Source: the human T2T-CHM13v2.0 reference genome, Homo sapiens
DNA: 64,000 nucleotides
Assembly: GCF_009914755.1 (NCBI RefSeq)
Contig: NC_060939.1
Strand: one strand, 5' to 3'
Shown: in pieces, positions 48,271-63,455 of the stretch
Numbering within the stretch: the first letter of the stretch is position 1
How the letters are laid out: every line of letters starts with the position of its first letter
Notes under the pieces: generated by a model
What the model was told of the DNA's origin: nothing
Seen by the model: the letters and a program-made list of their open reading frames with translations, nothing else
The model's database searches: none
Program-made: the position numbers and the translations under genes

Positions 48271-50540
48271 TGTGGACTTGGCCTTACATTTGGCATCACA
48301 GAAAGGATAGATGGTTTTGAGAAGTCTCAGGAGACAGGTGTTAGTGAGCGTATGCACACACACAACTCATGGTGCCAATTCCACTTTAAGAAACTCATAT
48401 TGAATAAGACAAAGCACTCAACAAAGTACCTGACATCATACATTGTCTCACCTGTGGGCAAGACCACCTTAAGATCAACATCAGTTTGTATCAGTGAATC
48501 ATTTCTTTACAAACTGCTGTCAGGTTCATTTCCCCTAGGAAATTCAGAGCCCTCATTAGTCTATGAATTACTCAGGAGACTGCACAGAGCCCACTGCACC
48601 ACTGATCCTAAACACATTTTTTGTGTGTTTGTAAATTATGAGAATCATGAGGACAGATAAACTGCCACTTCTGTCACCTTGCTCAAATATTATGCTTATA
48701 TTAATTATGCTCATGATTCCCCAGGTCAGGCCCAACAGGATGAGGGTGCATGGAGCTGGTGGGCCAGAGACACAGTGAGGTGCATTGGGAATAACAGGAG
48801 ACCAGGGAAACTTGGCTAAGTGTGAAGCCAGTATTGAGACAGGTAGCTAAACAGGAGATGTCTTGGAGTGAACAGAGGAACGCCCAGACTAAAAACTGGC
48901 AGAGCTGATGGGCAATGGGAAGCAGGCAGCAGTGTTACAGCACCTATCCTGGAAAAGGAATGTGCTAGGTAGTTGGCCCCAGTTCACTAATTCCCCTACA
49001 TGCCTCTTCTGGGCAGGGGTAGTTCTATCTGCCCCTTTTTACTGTGCATCATCTTGAAGGTGCCCTGCTTCCTCCAGCCCACAGCTGCAAGAGCAAATCT
49101 GTATGTGCAATGCAGATAATTCCTTTAAGTTACCCTTTGCACTGGGGACTGTCCTATCTCCTCATTGAAGTTGTGGCAGCAACAAGTCACTGGGAAACAA
49201 AACAATTTTTAAAAAATCAACAGGGAGCAAAGTAGAATAGAAATCAGTGCCACCCTATTGGGCAACTAGGAAACTCATTGCTTTTCTCTTGGGCTCTGGG
49301 TTTTGGTGGTGATGGTGGTGGTGATTTGTTTTGTCTTGTTTTTAATGTCTCTGTAGTTAAAAAGTCTTGGAGACACTTGCAATAAACACCTCAGACAAAG
49401 GCCTCTTATCAGATCCCAGGACCCAGCAGGGCATAACCTGTGAGAACATCCCCGTGAGCACCGAAGGGAGGCATTGTCTGGTGAGCAGGCATGCTGTTCA
49501 CCTGGCACAGCCCAGGCAAATGCTGGCAGTGGAGGAGACGTGAGGATGCTCATGTGAAACTCTCAGGGCATCCCAACCAGTAAGCAGAGCCTGGGGAGGT
49601 GGAGGCCCAAATCTGAGAAAGGGAAAAGAGGTCTGTCCTCAAGTTCTGGGTCAGAGCCCCTTGAAGACAACAGGAATCTGGGCAGCTCACTAAAAGAGGG
49701 GTTCAGAGGTCCAAGGTCAAAGTTCAGTGATAAGAACAGAAAGCACCAGAGGGGAAAGGCACTTTCTCAGCAAAGAAATCTCAATGCCCAGAATGCAGGG
49801 CTGAAGCTGATTGAAAACCAACTATATCCACCTAGATTGGACCAGGTCATTAGGATGGGTGATTCTTATCTGTGGGTAAGAATGAAGTGACACCCCCACC
49901 CCACCCACCAGCTATGGAAGAAGAAGGAATTACAGAGACTGGAACCCAGGTAGGACCTGACCATTGAATTATCTCATAGTTAACCATTGAGCTAAAACTC
50001 ATTTGTAAAACAAGGTTAATGATGACTTACTTTTCTTTCCAGAATTAAATGTCTTCCATGTCAACACTCATGCCAGGATTATACAGACACTGGGACAACC
50101 TCCTCCCACAACCAGCCTCCTTCCTTGAGGTGACCTAGGGGAAATGAAGGCATTCGTGACAATACTTTCCATCACACCAGAAGAGATGAGAGTTTAAACA
50201 CCATTAGACTGAGAAGAGAAACTCGGGGGGCTTTTAACTTCAGTCCAACCAGGGAACCACACTGTGGTAGAAATAGAACTTGCTTCAAACTTCCTGGCTT
50301 TGAATCCCAGTTCTGCACCTGACTTGTGAGTCAGCACTGACAATGTAATGATTTCAGCCTGTTTTGGCCGAAGACTCCAAAACAGTAAGTGCCCATCACT
50401 CCCACATACCGAAGTGAAATACTAGACTGCCTATGCAGGATTTGAGAACGGAAGATTGAGAGACAAAAGCACTTAGGAAAGAAAAGAAATTTACTCTCAA
50501 AAGAGCTCAAGGGAGTTAAACTTCAGACAGCTTGGCTTAC

Positions 50541-50586
50541 AAATAAATAAATAAGTAAATAAATAAATAAATAAATACATAAATAA
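50541..50586. repeat. (AAAT)n microsatellite
   Basis: ~11 imperfect units. Confidence 0.9.
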
Positions 50587-50969
50587 GTCTATGATAGCTA
50601 TTTAAAGGGAAAATCCCTTAACATTAGCAAGGTTAGCTAGTTTACATTAGCCTGTTCTGGTGGATTTTCTCATATGTTTATCATATCCTCAAAAGTCATG
50701 ACATATGGTCAGATATCGGTACTACAAAAGCCAGGATAAAGGTTTTTGTTAGAGTCAGGTAAGAATCAAATAACACCCCCAACCCCATCAGGAAAGGAAG
50801 GAGTTACAGAGGCCGGAGACCTAGCTTTACTGGAGAAGCTAAAGGCTTGCTAATTTCGGACACAAGAAGCAGAAATGGTGAGTTTATTATTTGTGGTTTA
50901 TCTCCCAGTGCAACTTGGTTTTATTTTGTTTTCCTCCCTGGTTGTGAAAAATGGTGTTCAGATTATTCA

Positions 50970-51147
50970 TGTTAAATAAAAATTATAGGAGGCCACTGTT
51001 TTGGACTAAGCTCTTGCACCAGGCCCCAACAGATCAGACTAAAAACCAAAATGGAGTCACCCATGCTAAAGTCCCACATCACCAAGGTGAAACCGAGTTG
51101 TCATCTGGCCTTCCAAGAAATCAGGAGAGAAAGATAATAGCCAAATT
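50970..51147 (+). mobile_element. ERV1 LTR 5' fragment (MER31/MER67-like)
   Basis: 'tgttaaataaaaattataggaggccactgttttggactaagctc...aaaatggagtcac'. Confidence 0.7.
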
Positions 51148-51282
51148 GCTGAGCCAAAGTGGACCACAGCAGTGTTGCTCCCACTGTAGGTCCTTGGCTG
51201 GGGAAAGGGAGATGCTTTATGATTAAAGTTTAGGGATTTTTTTGGTTTTGCATAGCATTGGACATATTAATTATTGATGTGA

Positions 51283-51656
<374 letters not shown>

Positions 51657-51777
51657 TGAGAAAAAGCTGGGGAAGAACCACCCCACAGCAGGAGTGAAGA
51701 GGTAGTGGTAAAATAAAGACTAACTTGCTGTAAGATTGTTCTTATGAGTCCTGCCCTTTCAAATACCAGTTATGGGA

Positions 51778-52266
51778 GTTTACTAGTTCTCTCTGTAGCT
51801 GCTGTAACAAATGACTGCAAATTTAGTGGCTTACAGCAACATAAATTTGCTACAGATTTGCTCTCTTACCATTCTGGAGATCAGAAGTCCAAAGTGGGTT
51901 TTACAGGCTGCAGTCAAGATGTGGGCAGGATGCATTCCGCTTGGCAGCTGTGGGGAACAATCCATTATCCTTGCCTTTTCTAGCTTCCGGAGGCCACCTG
52001 CATTCATTCCTTCCCCTCAGCATTTGTCTTCACCTTGCCTTCCTCTATCCAGCTGACCCCTCTGCCCCACTTCTATGAGAACCCTCGTGATTACACTGGG
52101 CTCACCCCAATAATCCAGGATAATCTTCCCATCTCAACAGCCTTAATTTACCACATCTGCAAAGCTCCTTTTGCCACATAAGGTAACATATCTGTGGGTT
52201 CTAGAGATTAGGATGTGGATATCATTGGTGAGGGTCGGGGTGGGGGGGATTATACAGGCTACCACA
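51778..52266 (-). mobile_element. MLT1D-like MaLR LTR
   Basis: 'gctgctgtaacaaatgactgcaaatttagtggctta...ataatccaggataatcttcccatctcaa...ctaccaca'. Confidence 0.88.
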
Positions 52267-53402
52267 AGTGGATAGGTAAACCTGAAAAAAGTCACTTTGT
52301 TCCCTGAGCCTTCATTTTTTCCTCTGTAAAATGGGCATAATAATATATACTTTACAACATTACAGGATTTAAAGGAAGTCTGATGTGAAACACTTTCTAT
52401 AGCATCTCAGTAATTTGTTTTGTAAGAATTCATTCTTTTCATCCATTCACTTGATAAATTTATTGAATACCTACTATGTACCAGGTTAGCGTTCAGAGTG
52501 CTGAGCTACACATTGCCAAAAAGAGGGAAGACAGATGAGAGCAAGAACTTTGACTGCCCTCAAGGGGGAAGGAAGGGGTGAATGGCACAGTTGAAGACAT
52601 GGTTTAGAAAAGTGAAGCGACCGCCTGGTTGATTCTGTCAAGTTCTGACAGTCCTTTATCTGAAAGGTGGAGGGACCTAGTCAAAATACTTTAATCATGT
52701 CTGCTTTTTTGCTTAAGAAATATTGGTCTGCTAATACGATGCAGAAATAAAAATGCACAATATTATCTTGCCTCAGATAGTTGAGATTAATTCAGAGGGC
52801 TAAAGTAACTCAGGCAGACCAATAACTGCAGTATGGAAGTGATTTAGTATATAGAAGTATAGTACTAAGGATGAGTTCTAGCTTCAGGTCTAAGGTGTGT
52901 ATCAATCCTTCCTTGAGTCCTTTACATGGGTAGCTATTAGATATTGAACTAGAAAGTCAGCTATGACTTCACAGAGCTGACTCCTAGGGCAGAACATGAA
53001 AATAATTTTTTATTAGATTAAGAAATATGGAGAAGACAAGAGTTCCCGGGGAAAAGAGAAAGCTGCCAAAGAATTGCTAAAAAGATCACAAAAGCTTTGC
53101 TGTTGGTAGAATGACAACCTTTCCTAACTAGAGGAGTCTCAAAAATCAATACTTGCTCTAATCAAAGAAGATACCTGACTTCTAAGGGGCAAGTATCATT
53201 CCACATACATTTTTTCCCCTCTGAGCCTTGCTTTTTTTCACTTGGCAATATAGATCAAACCTTTCTATTTAAAATAAAGAACTAAAAAAGACTTTTTTTT
53301 TTTTAACAAAGAAAAATTCTGAATAATATGTTGTGGGACAAGAGGAAGATGCCAGTGAAGAAAGCAAGAAAGCCACATATGTGCATTAAAAGCCATGATC
53401 AT

Positions 53403-53566
53403 GGCCAGGCAGAGTGGCTCACACCTGTAACCCCAGTGCTTTGGGAAGCTGTGGCAGGAAGATTGCTTGAGGCCAGGTGTGCAAGGCTGCAGTGAGCTAT
53501 GATCACACCACTGCACTCTAGCCTGCGGGTCAGAGAAAGACCCTCTCTTAAAAAAAAAAAAAAAAA
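53403..53566 (+). mobile_element. Alu monomer (FRAM-like or left/right-arm recombinant AluJ)
   Basis: Left-arm-type start 'cccagtgctttgggaag' joined to right-arm-type end 'gctgcagtgagctatgatcacaccactgcac' plus poly(A). Confidence 0.85.
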
Positions 53567-53689
53567 GTGAATGAAAAACTCCCCCATTTACTATATAGAC
53601 TGTAACAATATGAAAATGCATAACATTGTACGAAGTATACAGTTGTAACTTTGAAAAGTAACTAAATATATACAAGGGCAAAATAATTA

Positions 53690-54651
53690 CCCCCAGAGGT
53701 TCTTAGTTGAAAAGGACCCTTGTTACAAAAGACAGATTAACAAGAGAAAAATAAACCAAAGTTTATGAGCATGTATGTTTCATAAATACATAGGAGACGC
53801 CCAGGAAATGAGTAGTTCTGAAAGAGTGGCCTTCAAATTCAGCTTACGTAGCATCTTCAACAAAGAACAATAAAATTTTAGAGAAGTGATAAGATAAGAC
53901 CAAGGAAAAGGACTTTGAGTCTCTACGGGCAGCAACTTGGAGGAAGGCAAATAGCTGGCAGATGTTAAAAGAAAAACTTAGACAAATTAAATTTAACAGA
54001 GTTTAATTGAGCAAAGAATGATTCGTGAATTGGCCAGCCCTCAAACCAAAACAGGTTCAGAGAGACTCTGGCCTGCCTCATGGTAGAAAAAGATTTATAG
54101 ACAGAAAAAGGAAAGTGATGTACAGAAAACAGAAATGAGGTACAGAAACAGCTGAATTGGTTACTGCTTGGTGTTTGCTTTTTTTTTTTTTTTTTTTTAA
54201 TATGGTTTGAACAGTTGGCTGCCTTTCATTGGCTGAAACTCAGTGATTGGCCTGAGTAGATTACATCCAGTTAGGTTCACACACCCAGTTAGGTTACAGT
54301 TCACTAAGTTTGGAGTTCAGCCTGAGTTTGGAGTAGGCTGAACTTAAAATACATAAAGAGGCAGCATTGGGCTAAACTTAATTTAACACACTAAAGGGTA
54401 CTTAGCAAACCTTGTTCTTGTAGCTTCCTCTGGTACCATCTCCAGGCAGAGAAGCGAGATGCATCTAAAGCTGTCTGCAGTGGTTAACCTTCATTCTCCT
54501 TGGCAGAAGATGGGACAGGACACATTCTTTGGAAATCTATGTCCTGCTCTTAGGCAAATAGAGAGAAGAGAGCTTTCCTGCATCTGCTTCTTAATTGTCC
54601 TCAGCTCAACAATCCTTCATATTTGGGGGCAGCCTATTCTGGTCTCCCACA
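53690..54651 (-). mobile_element. ERV1 LTR (MER34/MER39-like) interrupted by a MER57 LTR
   Basis: 'aaaagacagattaacaagagaaaa' and 'ctattctggtctcccaca' end. Confidence 0.75.
53963..54388 (-). mobile_element. MER57A-like ERV1 solo LTR
   Basis: 'tgttaaaagaaaaacttagacaaattaaatttaacagagtttaattgagc' ... 'ggctaaacttaatttaaca'. Confidence 0.85.
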
Positions 54652-55324
54652 TAGACAAAGGTGGCAGAAAATGTGAAAAGATTTTAACAGTTGTGAACAG
54701 GTGGTAGGATTGTGGCTTCTCCTTTTGGGTCTCTAACTGTCTAAAAAGTTAGCATAGTCTTCATACTAAAATAATTTCAGTACGTTTTTCTGATAAAATG
54801 GTACAAATATAGGCATATTGTTTATATGCAATATAACCTGCAGACCCTGAAACTTCCAATTCCAATTCCGAAGCTTTTCTACTAGATACCATATCCACTA
54901 TTGCTATCTTAATTCTTTAAAATTGTACTAGAACTCCTGTTGCTTTTATTAGATCTCCCCCTGGTGTCACCTTTAAAAACTGTTGTCATTCAGGTGAACC
55001 TAGTTCTTTAGGAACTATTCTTATTTTAATTAGTAGACATCTCCTTTCACTGTTTTTAGCATTTTGACGGTTTATAAGGAAGCCCTGAAACCCCTATTCA
55101 GTCAGAAAACCCCACTTGGAAACAAGGCCACCCTGTTAATATGGCTGTGCAACTATGTCATCAGAATTCTTTTAAACATTTGTAGTTCAAAATATCCCAT
55201 GAAGATACTATTATATTTACAAAACACTAAAAGAAGTGGAATTGTGATAGGATTATCAAGGGAATTTAGCAAAAACCAATAGCAACAGCAATCTTGTTTT
55301 TCTGGGTAAGCAGAAACACGGTTA

Positions 55325-57132
<1,808 letters not shown>

Positions 57133-57291
57133 AAGAAATGTAGTTCAAGTAGCCTGTTATCAAGACCCGGTAAGCCTTTTCTGTCTATTTAATATCCAGT
57201 CTTACATCAGTATTTACTCTTAGTATCAACAGTAAGTGGAAATGTAAATATCTTACCGGGAGACTAGGTCCTGCTCACAGTCTAGCAGACG

Positions 57292-57635
<344 letters not shown>

Positions 57636-57799
57636 TAGCTTTCTCAACTTGGCTTCAGAGTCCCCTATTATTTGAAGCAAAAGAGAAAAAAAATGTGAAA
57701 TAAATTTAAGACATCAGTGTTTTTTGCACATTCTCAGTGCATAACAACCCCTCCTGCAGCTAAAGAAATAAAGAATTATGACTCATTCTCTCAAGTGGT

Positions 57800-57990
57800 T
57801 TTGGCTCTTAAGCTTCTAAAAAATATATCTTTAAATACATTATTTCATCCAATCTCACAAGCACATTTAGGGCATTGTTATTGTCCTGTTTTACAGATAA
57901 GTATACTGAGGCTCAGAGAGTTAAGTGTCTTTCCAGTGTAGAGCCCAGGGACCCCTCAAATCCTAGCTAGGACTCTTTCCATGTTGCCAC
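57800..57990 (-). mobile_element. MIR relic
   Basis: 'tattgtcctgttttacagataagtatactgaggctcagagagttaagt'. Confidence 0.75.
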
Positions 57991-60137
57991 ACTAGGCATA
58001 GACAGGTGTCATCACTATAATAACATGGAGGCTACAAAGAGTAAAGAGCTATGCAGGTGTGAATCTCAGCTGTTCCTTCAGATTCTCCACTGGAACTTTC
58101 ATATAGGCTCTTTCTACCTTCCAAGGACATAACTACTTCAAAAGTGAACTGTGATCTTCTCAGAGCTTTGGTGTCTCTCAGGACTTTATGCCTTTGAATT
58201 GAGCCAACCGACCTGGCCAATTCCACCCTCCTTCCCTACCCTCACCCTGATTTTGTTCTGGCCTCAGGCTCCCCTTAGGATCTACATCCCTTCTCTGATT
58301 CCCTCTGCCTCTAGTACTTGGATGCCCATCAGCTCTTCTTGACATCCTCCTGCTGCTCAGGACCTCCTGCCTGTGACCTCCACAGAGCTTCAGAGTGGAG
58401 GCCAGCACCACGTCCTTTGGCCTTCCCAGGCACAAATGAAGAATCTCTACTTCTCTCCCATTATCTCTGAATCATGCCAAGCCAAAGTCCAGCCCTCCCC
58501 AACAGTGACAACCAGGGACAACCAAGAAGGAGATCCAGGCCTTGTCCTATGCATCCTGAGTCCTGGTGGGACTCAGGAGTTCAAGAGGCGGATTCAGGTG
58601 AAGACAGGGGTTCCTTGAGCATAAGGTTTCTGGGAACAGAGGACATGGAGTATTTGGTGAGCAAAACCTAAAGTGTGCATATGCATGACTATAAATGTTG
58701 GTGGCCTGAGAAGTGGTGCAAAGCCCAGAGTCCAGCTCTACCTTTAGATCCATCTTCCAGAGACATCCAAACCCATGGGAGTCTGTGGCAGGGAAGAGCA
58801 AGAGCATCTCTACAGTGCTCCTCATGCTTCCTGACTGGACCATGACCCCTGATCCCATACACCTTCCCTTCCCAGTGAGACCCCCTAGATCATGCTTCCA
58901 GCTCCATGATTCTTCTCTTGTCATTTTCCTTGCTGGAAAATGCATGGGAAATGCATTTAAATTCTAATGCATCATGACATACAAAAACAGGATCATATTT
59001 CACAACAAAACCTGAACTTATTTTGATTCTCACATGCAGGGAACCAGGACAATAACTTTTTTTCATATAGCAAACTACCTAAAAAGTGATTTTTTATCTT
59101 TTTTGGAAAACTGATGGAACCAAGACCTATCAATCCATAGCATATATTTATTGAGCATCAACAAAAGGTCAGGTGGTATGCTTCATGGGAAGAAGCGTGC
59201 AACATTGGCCTGCCTTTCAGTCTAGTTGTAGTAATAGGATACAGAGGCATGTGGGACCCTTATCACACTGTTACATTGCAATTCAAGGCAGCAGACACTT
59301 CTATGGACCCGCCAACCCAGGCTGCTTCTGGTCAAGGCATCCAGAATCTGCCCCAGCAGTGTTGCCCTTGCTCCCAGTTCTCAGGCCCCATCTTGATCTG
59401 ATGCAAAAGTATGTAACAAATCAGCCATATATGGTGAGGCTCAGCATCTAGTCTGCTTAGCAGTGAGGTTAGTCCAAGGTCTGATAACTGGGTTTCTACT
59501 AATGGCTCAGGCCTTGTTCCTTGCATATTGTCCATCCCACTCTGAGGTCTAGAAGTTTTCCCCAACCCCAGTCTTTTATTCATACCACGTACATGTCCTC
59601 CTGAACTTCTGAGTGTCCCTCAACCCAGATCGCAAGTTGACAGTCTCTGCCTACACCAGCACGATCCATCTTATGGTGCTTGTGGAAAACCAAGGACAAT
59701 CAAAACGATAAGGTACAACATCCATTGAGAGCCAAGGGTCTCCTAGTGTCACGTGAGCATCATGAACCTGCCTGAAGTATCACCTGCAGCAGCTGCAAGT
59801 CACTGCCCTCAAAGTTGTAACACCCTACTGAGAACAAAGCCAGATGCTGGCTAGGTTTTCACCTCAGCTACCTGCTTCTCTAGAAACTGCCAACTCGGAC
59901 CAAAGTTCAACCTGGTCATGATTCTGACAAGCAGCTACATTTCTGATAAATAATTAGTTATTAAATTAACTGTGACCTTCATAGCTGCCAGAGAAAACCA
60001 ATTTACAAAGATTTTTAGAGAGCAGATGTTTTAAGATTTTGTTTTGTTACTCATGTTATTTTCGAAATCATATGATTTTAAGCACTTGATTTTAGATATC
60101 ATAAAACCTTTCTGTCTGGTGAGATTCCTGGGTAAAG

Positions 60138-60138
<1 letters not shown>

Positions 60139-60178
<40 letters not shown>

Positions 60179-60180
60179 TG
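60139..60180. repeat. (TG)16 ta (TG)4 microsatellite
   Basis: Direct reading. Confidence 0.97.
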
Positions 60181-60804
60181 GAGGGTGGTCTAAGATAAAC
60201 TCAGTAATTCCATATTTAAATATAGTGAATTCAGAATTTAAACTCAGTGAATTCAAGAGTTTCCACCTCTATCTACTTTCACTCTTCTTTCCAATGAGGA
60301 GGTACTGGACCAAGATCCATTGCCTGGGGTGACTGGCTCTGCTGAGCAGTGGCTTAGTGGCCTTCATCTGGTCCCTGTGCCTATGAACTGGCCTCACTGT
60401 TGATGCTCATATCCTGCCATGGCCTCTGGTCACTGGGCCCCCATCTGCTTCTTCTTGGTTCTGATGCCAAGCTTTTCTGGATGGGCCAGCGCATTCTCAG
60501 TCCCCTCTGAGCCACTCTCAGGGTGCCATGGAGGAATTCTCAGGCAATTTCTCATGCCTCTTGGAGCACGTTACACATAGTGTGCCTCCCCCAAGTCCAC
60601 AGGCTGGCACTCCTCCATCAGCCATTGTGATCTTTCCATGCAGGCCCCGAGAGGGGGCATTCATCTATTCACACTTTTTTAAATTACCAATGTAGTCAGA
60701 AATCCAGAAAGAAAGGATATACAGATAACATAGATATAAACAGAGGTCTACTTGCCTCCTTAAACAATTTACTGGAAATAATATGATTATACATGTTTTA
60801 CTCT

Positions 60805-60910
60805 GGAAATATTTATTGAGTCCTACTATGTGCCAAGTACTGTTCCAGAGAATGGGGATACAGTAAAAAGCAAGACAAGACAAGAATCCTGAGCTCACGA
60901 GAATTAGATT
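60805..60910 (-). mobile_element. L2 3' fragment
   Basis: 'aaatatttattgagtcctactatgtgccaagtactgttc...ggggatacagt'. Confidence 0.75.
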
Positions 60911-61361
60911 CCAATGCATTAAGACACACAGAAAACAGGATCTCATTTCACAATGAAAACTAAGCTTATTTTGATTCTCACTCCAACAACCCATGAAATA
61001 TTAAATTTCCCCCAAAAGAGGAAAGGCTTGCAAGCTGTGTAAGTTCTAAGCCAATTCTCATGATGTAAGAGTTACACATTCCCAGGACTGTGCTGTGGGT
61101 TGCTTTCAGAGTTTTGAAAAGTGCAGAAATGACCTCTTTTAAGACAATATGAATAGTTATCCATTATTTGATTTTAGATATCATAAAAGCTTTCTGTCTG
61201 GTGGGATTCCTGGGTGTGTATATGTGTTTTGGGTCTAAGGTAACTTGGTAATTCCATATTGAAACATAGTGAATTCAGAATTTAAACTCATTTCAAGAAT
61301 TTCCACCTCTATCTACTTTCACTCCTCTTTCCAATGAAGAGGTGCCTGGACCAAGAGCCAT

Positions 61362-61560
61362 TACCAGGCACCAGGCCAGGGTCTTTGCATATATTATCTC
61401 TAATTCCTAGTGCAACTCTAAGTAAGGTGAGTTTCATTATTATCAGCCCTACTTTGCAAATGGGAAAACAGAGGCTGTTTGAATTTAAGTAAGTTGCTTG
61501 AAGTCACCCTGGTATGAAGTGGATGAGCCTTAATGGAACATAGATGGCCTGATTTCACTC
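61362..61560 (-). mobile_element. MIR relic
   Basis: 'ctttgcatatattatctc...ttgcaaatgggaaaacagaggct...aagtaagttgcttgaagtcac'. Confidence 0.75.
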
Positions 61561-63224
61561 TGCCTTCCCACAATTAGTAGGCAAATCCATTAAAAATTTT
61601 AAGTAGAAATTTTTCGAGTGTTCCTTTAAACAAAAACTTTGCCCTTTATATTTAAGAGTATATATGTGTGAGCTGGAGGAATGAGGCTTGGGGAGGAGAG
61701 GATGAAATAGACAAAGTTAGTGAACACTAAAGTTTGTGAAAACACTCACAATTGAGGATCAGTGAAAATGATAAAGCATGTCAGAAAGCATAATGTTAGG
61801 AAGACGTAAAAACAGAATCCATTTTGCAAATGTTTGGTTCCAGCTAAGCCTCTGGGAACAGATCTTGAGGAGGCAGGGAGGAGACAGGAAGGCAGGCCCA
61901 GGGCAACTGTGCTGTGGACACTCATCCAACACCATCCTTAACCCATCCCTCCTCCTCACTGTGTGCCTTCTTCTCTTGTTCCCCATGGCCCAACACTGAA
62001 CGTGTCTTCCACAGTCCCCATTTAGCCAGCCTTCCTACAGGACTGCAACCTCTTTTCTTGGATCCTCAATCTTGGTCCCGGACCCAATCTCCTAGGAACA
62101 TGCACGTTACCCCCGGACCATTCCATCTGTCCAGGTTTCACCACGTATGCATTAGGCCCACACCTCTGGGTTTATCTCAACGAAAATCATATTATCCACC
62201 TGAGCCATCTTCCCTCATGGAGCGCTCAAAGTGTGCAAAAGGAAAGCTGCCTGCAAGCCAGACTTCATCGGGGAGGGTCCCAGGGAACCAAGAGAGAGAA
62301 AGCAGTTGGTAAGAACAGCAGGGTCTGCCCCGCCCATAAGGGGGCCCTTGAAAGCTAGATCTAATCAGAGCTTCATCTTTGCATCTGCCTCTGTTGGGCA
62401 TCTCTCACTTTGTCCTGCTTTGTAGACATGTCTTTCTCTTTCATAAGATTATAAGTTCCTTGAAGTACTTACTTACACAGTAAGTGTTCCCTAAACCTTC
62501 TTTAATACTCCATTAATATTCTCTCCTCTTGAGAAGAGGAGGCACTCCAGAGTGGCCTATTGTACAAGGAAAATGCAGTCTGGATAAACAGCAGCAGAAT
62601 ATCAGTAAACCTCCCTCCTCTCCTCCAACCAGCCTCACCTGATCCTTTCCCTTTCTGGATTTCTGTTCATTGGAACAAAAGTGATATCATGACCATGACC
62701 ACATTATGGTGAATGGAAACACAAAGAACAGAACTGATTAGGCTGTTTGGAGTTTCCTGTCACATGATCTATATGGAAACAAAGCCACATCAGATGTTCC
62801 ATTCACAGCTCTTAAATTTTCCTATGCTTTTATCTCAAGTTATTTGTCTTACAAATTATTTTTATTTGTTCCCTTTCTAAGGGAAAATGTACTTACTATT
62901 TTATTTTTTAACAGCATCCTTATAATATCCATCTTTGGGAAAAAATTCTGGAATATGGGCAGATATATTTGATTCCTGGTATAGTTACAGCACTAATACC
63001 TCATAGTAAACTGCATTAGGACATTTTCTCTAAGCCTTGATTTATGCAGAATTTACATTTTCAGGCTAATGCCTGGAAAAAAATTGTGAGATGAGTGAAG
63101 TTTGTTCTTAATATCCTTCCTACTCTACCACCCCACTGTTCCTCAAACCCCCACCTCCACCCATTTCTGCCTGCAGCAGGTACCTCAGCTCTCATGCCCG
63201 GAGTCTTCTACAGGGGAGAAAAAG

Positions 63225-63455
63225 TGTTAAGAGCTTGATCTCTGCGGCCAGCCTGCCTGGGTTCAAATCCAAGTTCTAACCTCTCACTAATTGTTGAATG
63301 GTCTCAGCAACACTAGACCTTTCTGTCGCTTACTTTATTCATCTGCAAAGCAGGAATAGTAATAGGCTACCTCAAGGATCAAATGTCTTAATAGATGTAA
63401 AGCACTTAGAACCATGCCTTGCACTTAGAATGCACTGATTAATAATGTTACACTC
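63225..63455 (+). mobile_element. MIR relic
   Basis: 'gttaagagc...ctgcctgggttcaaatcc...gatgtaaagcacttagaaccatgcct'. Confidence 0.8.

Larger units (their letters stand above)
58957..61368 (+). repeat. Bipartite local direct duplication (A 58957-59033 / A' 60904-60981; B 60086-60327 / B' 61168-61368)
   Basis: Shared exact blocks such as cttattttgattctcac, ttgattttagatatcataaaa, atagtgaattcagaatttaaactca, tttccacctctatctactttcactc. Confidence 0.92.

Noticed and set aside
48700-49900. Possible ancient Gypsy-like LTR fragments
   Set aside because: Resemblance too weak to assign family or boundaries without a profile search
58554-58578. 10-bp perfect hairpin tcctgagtcc/ggactcagga
   Set aside because: A single stem of this length is expected by chance in 64 kb
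60640-60662. CTCF-like motif ccgagagggggca
   Set aside because: Several mismatches in the 5' half of the core
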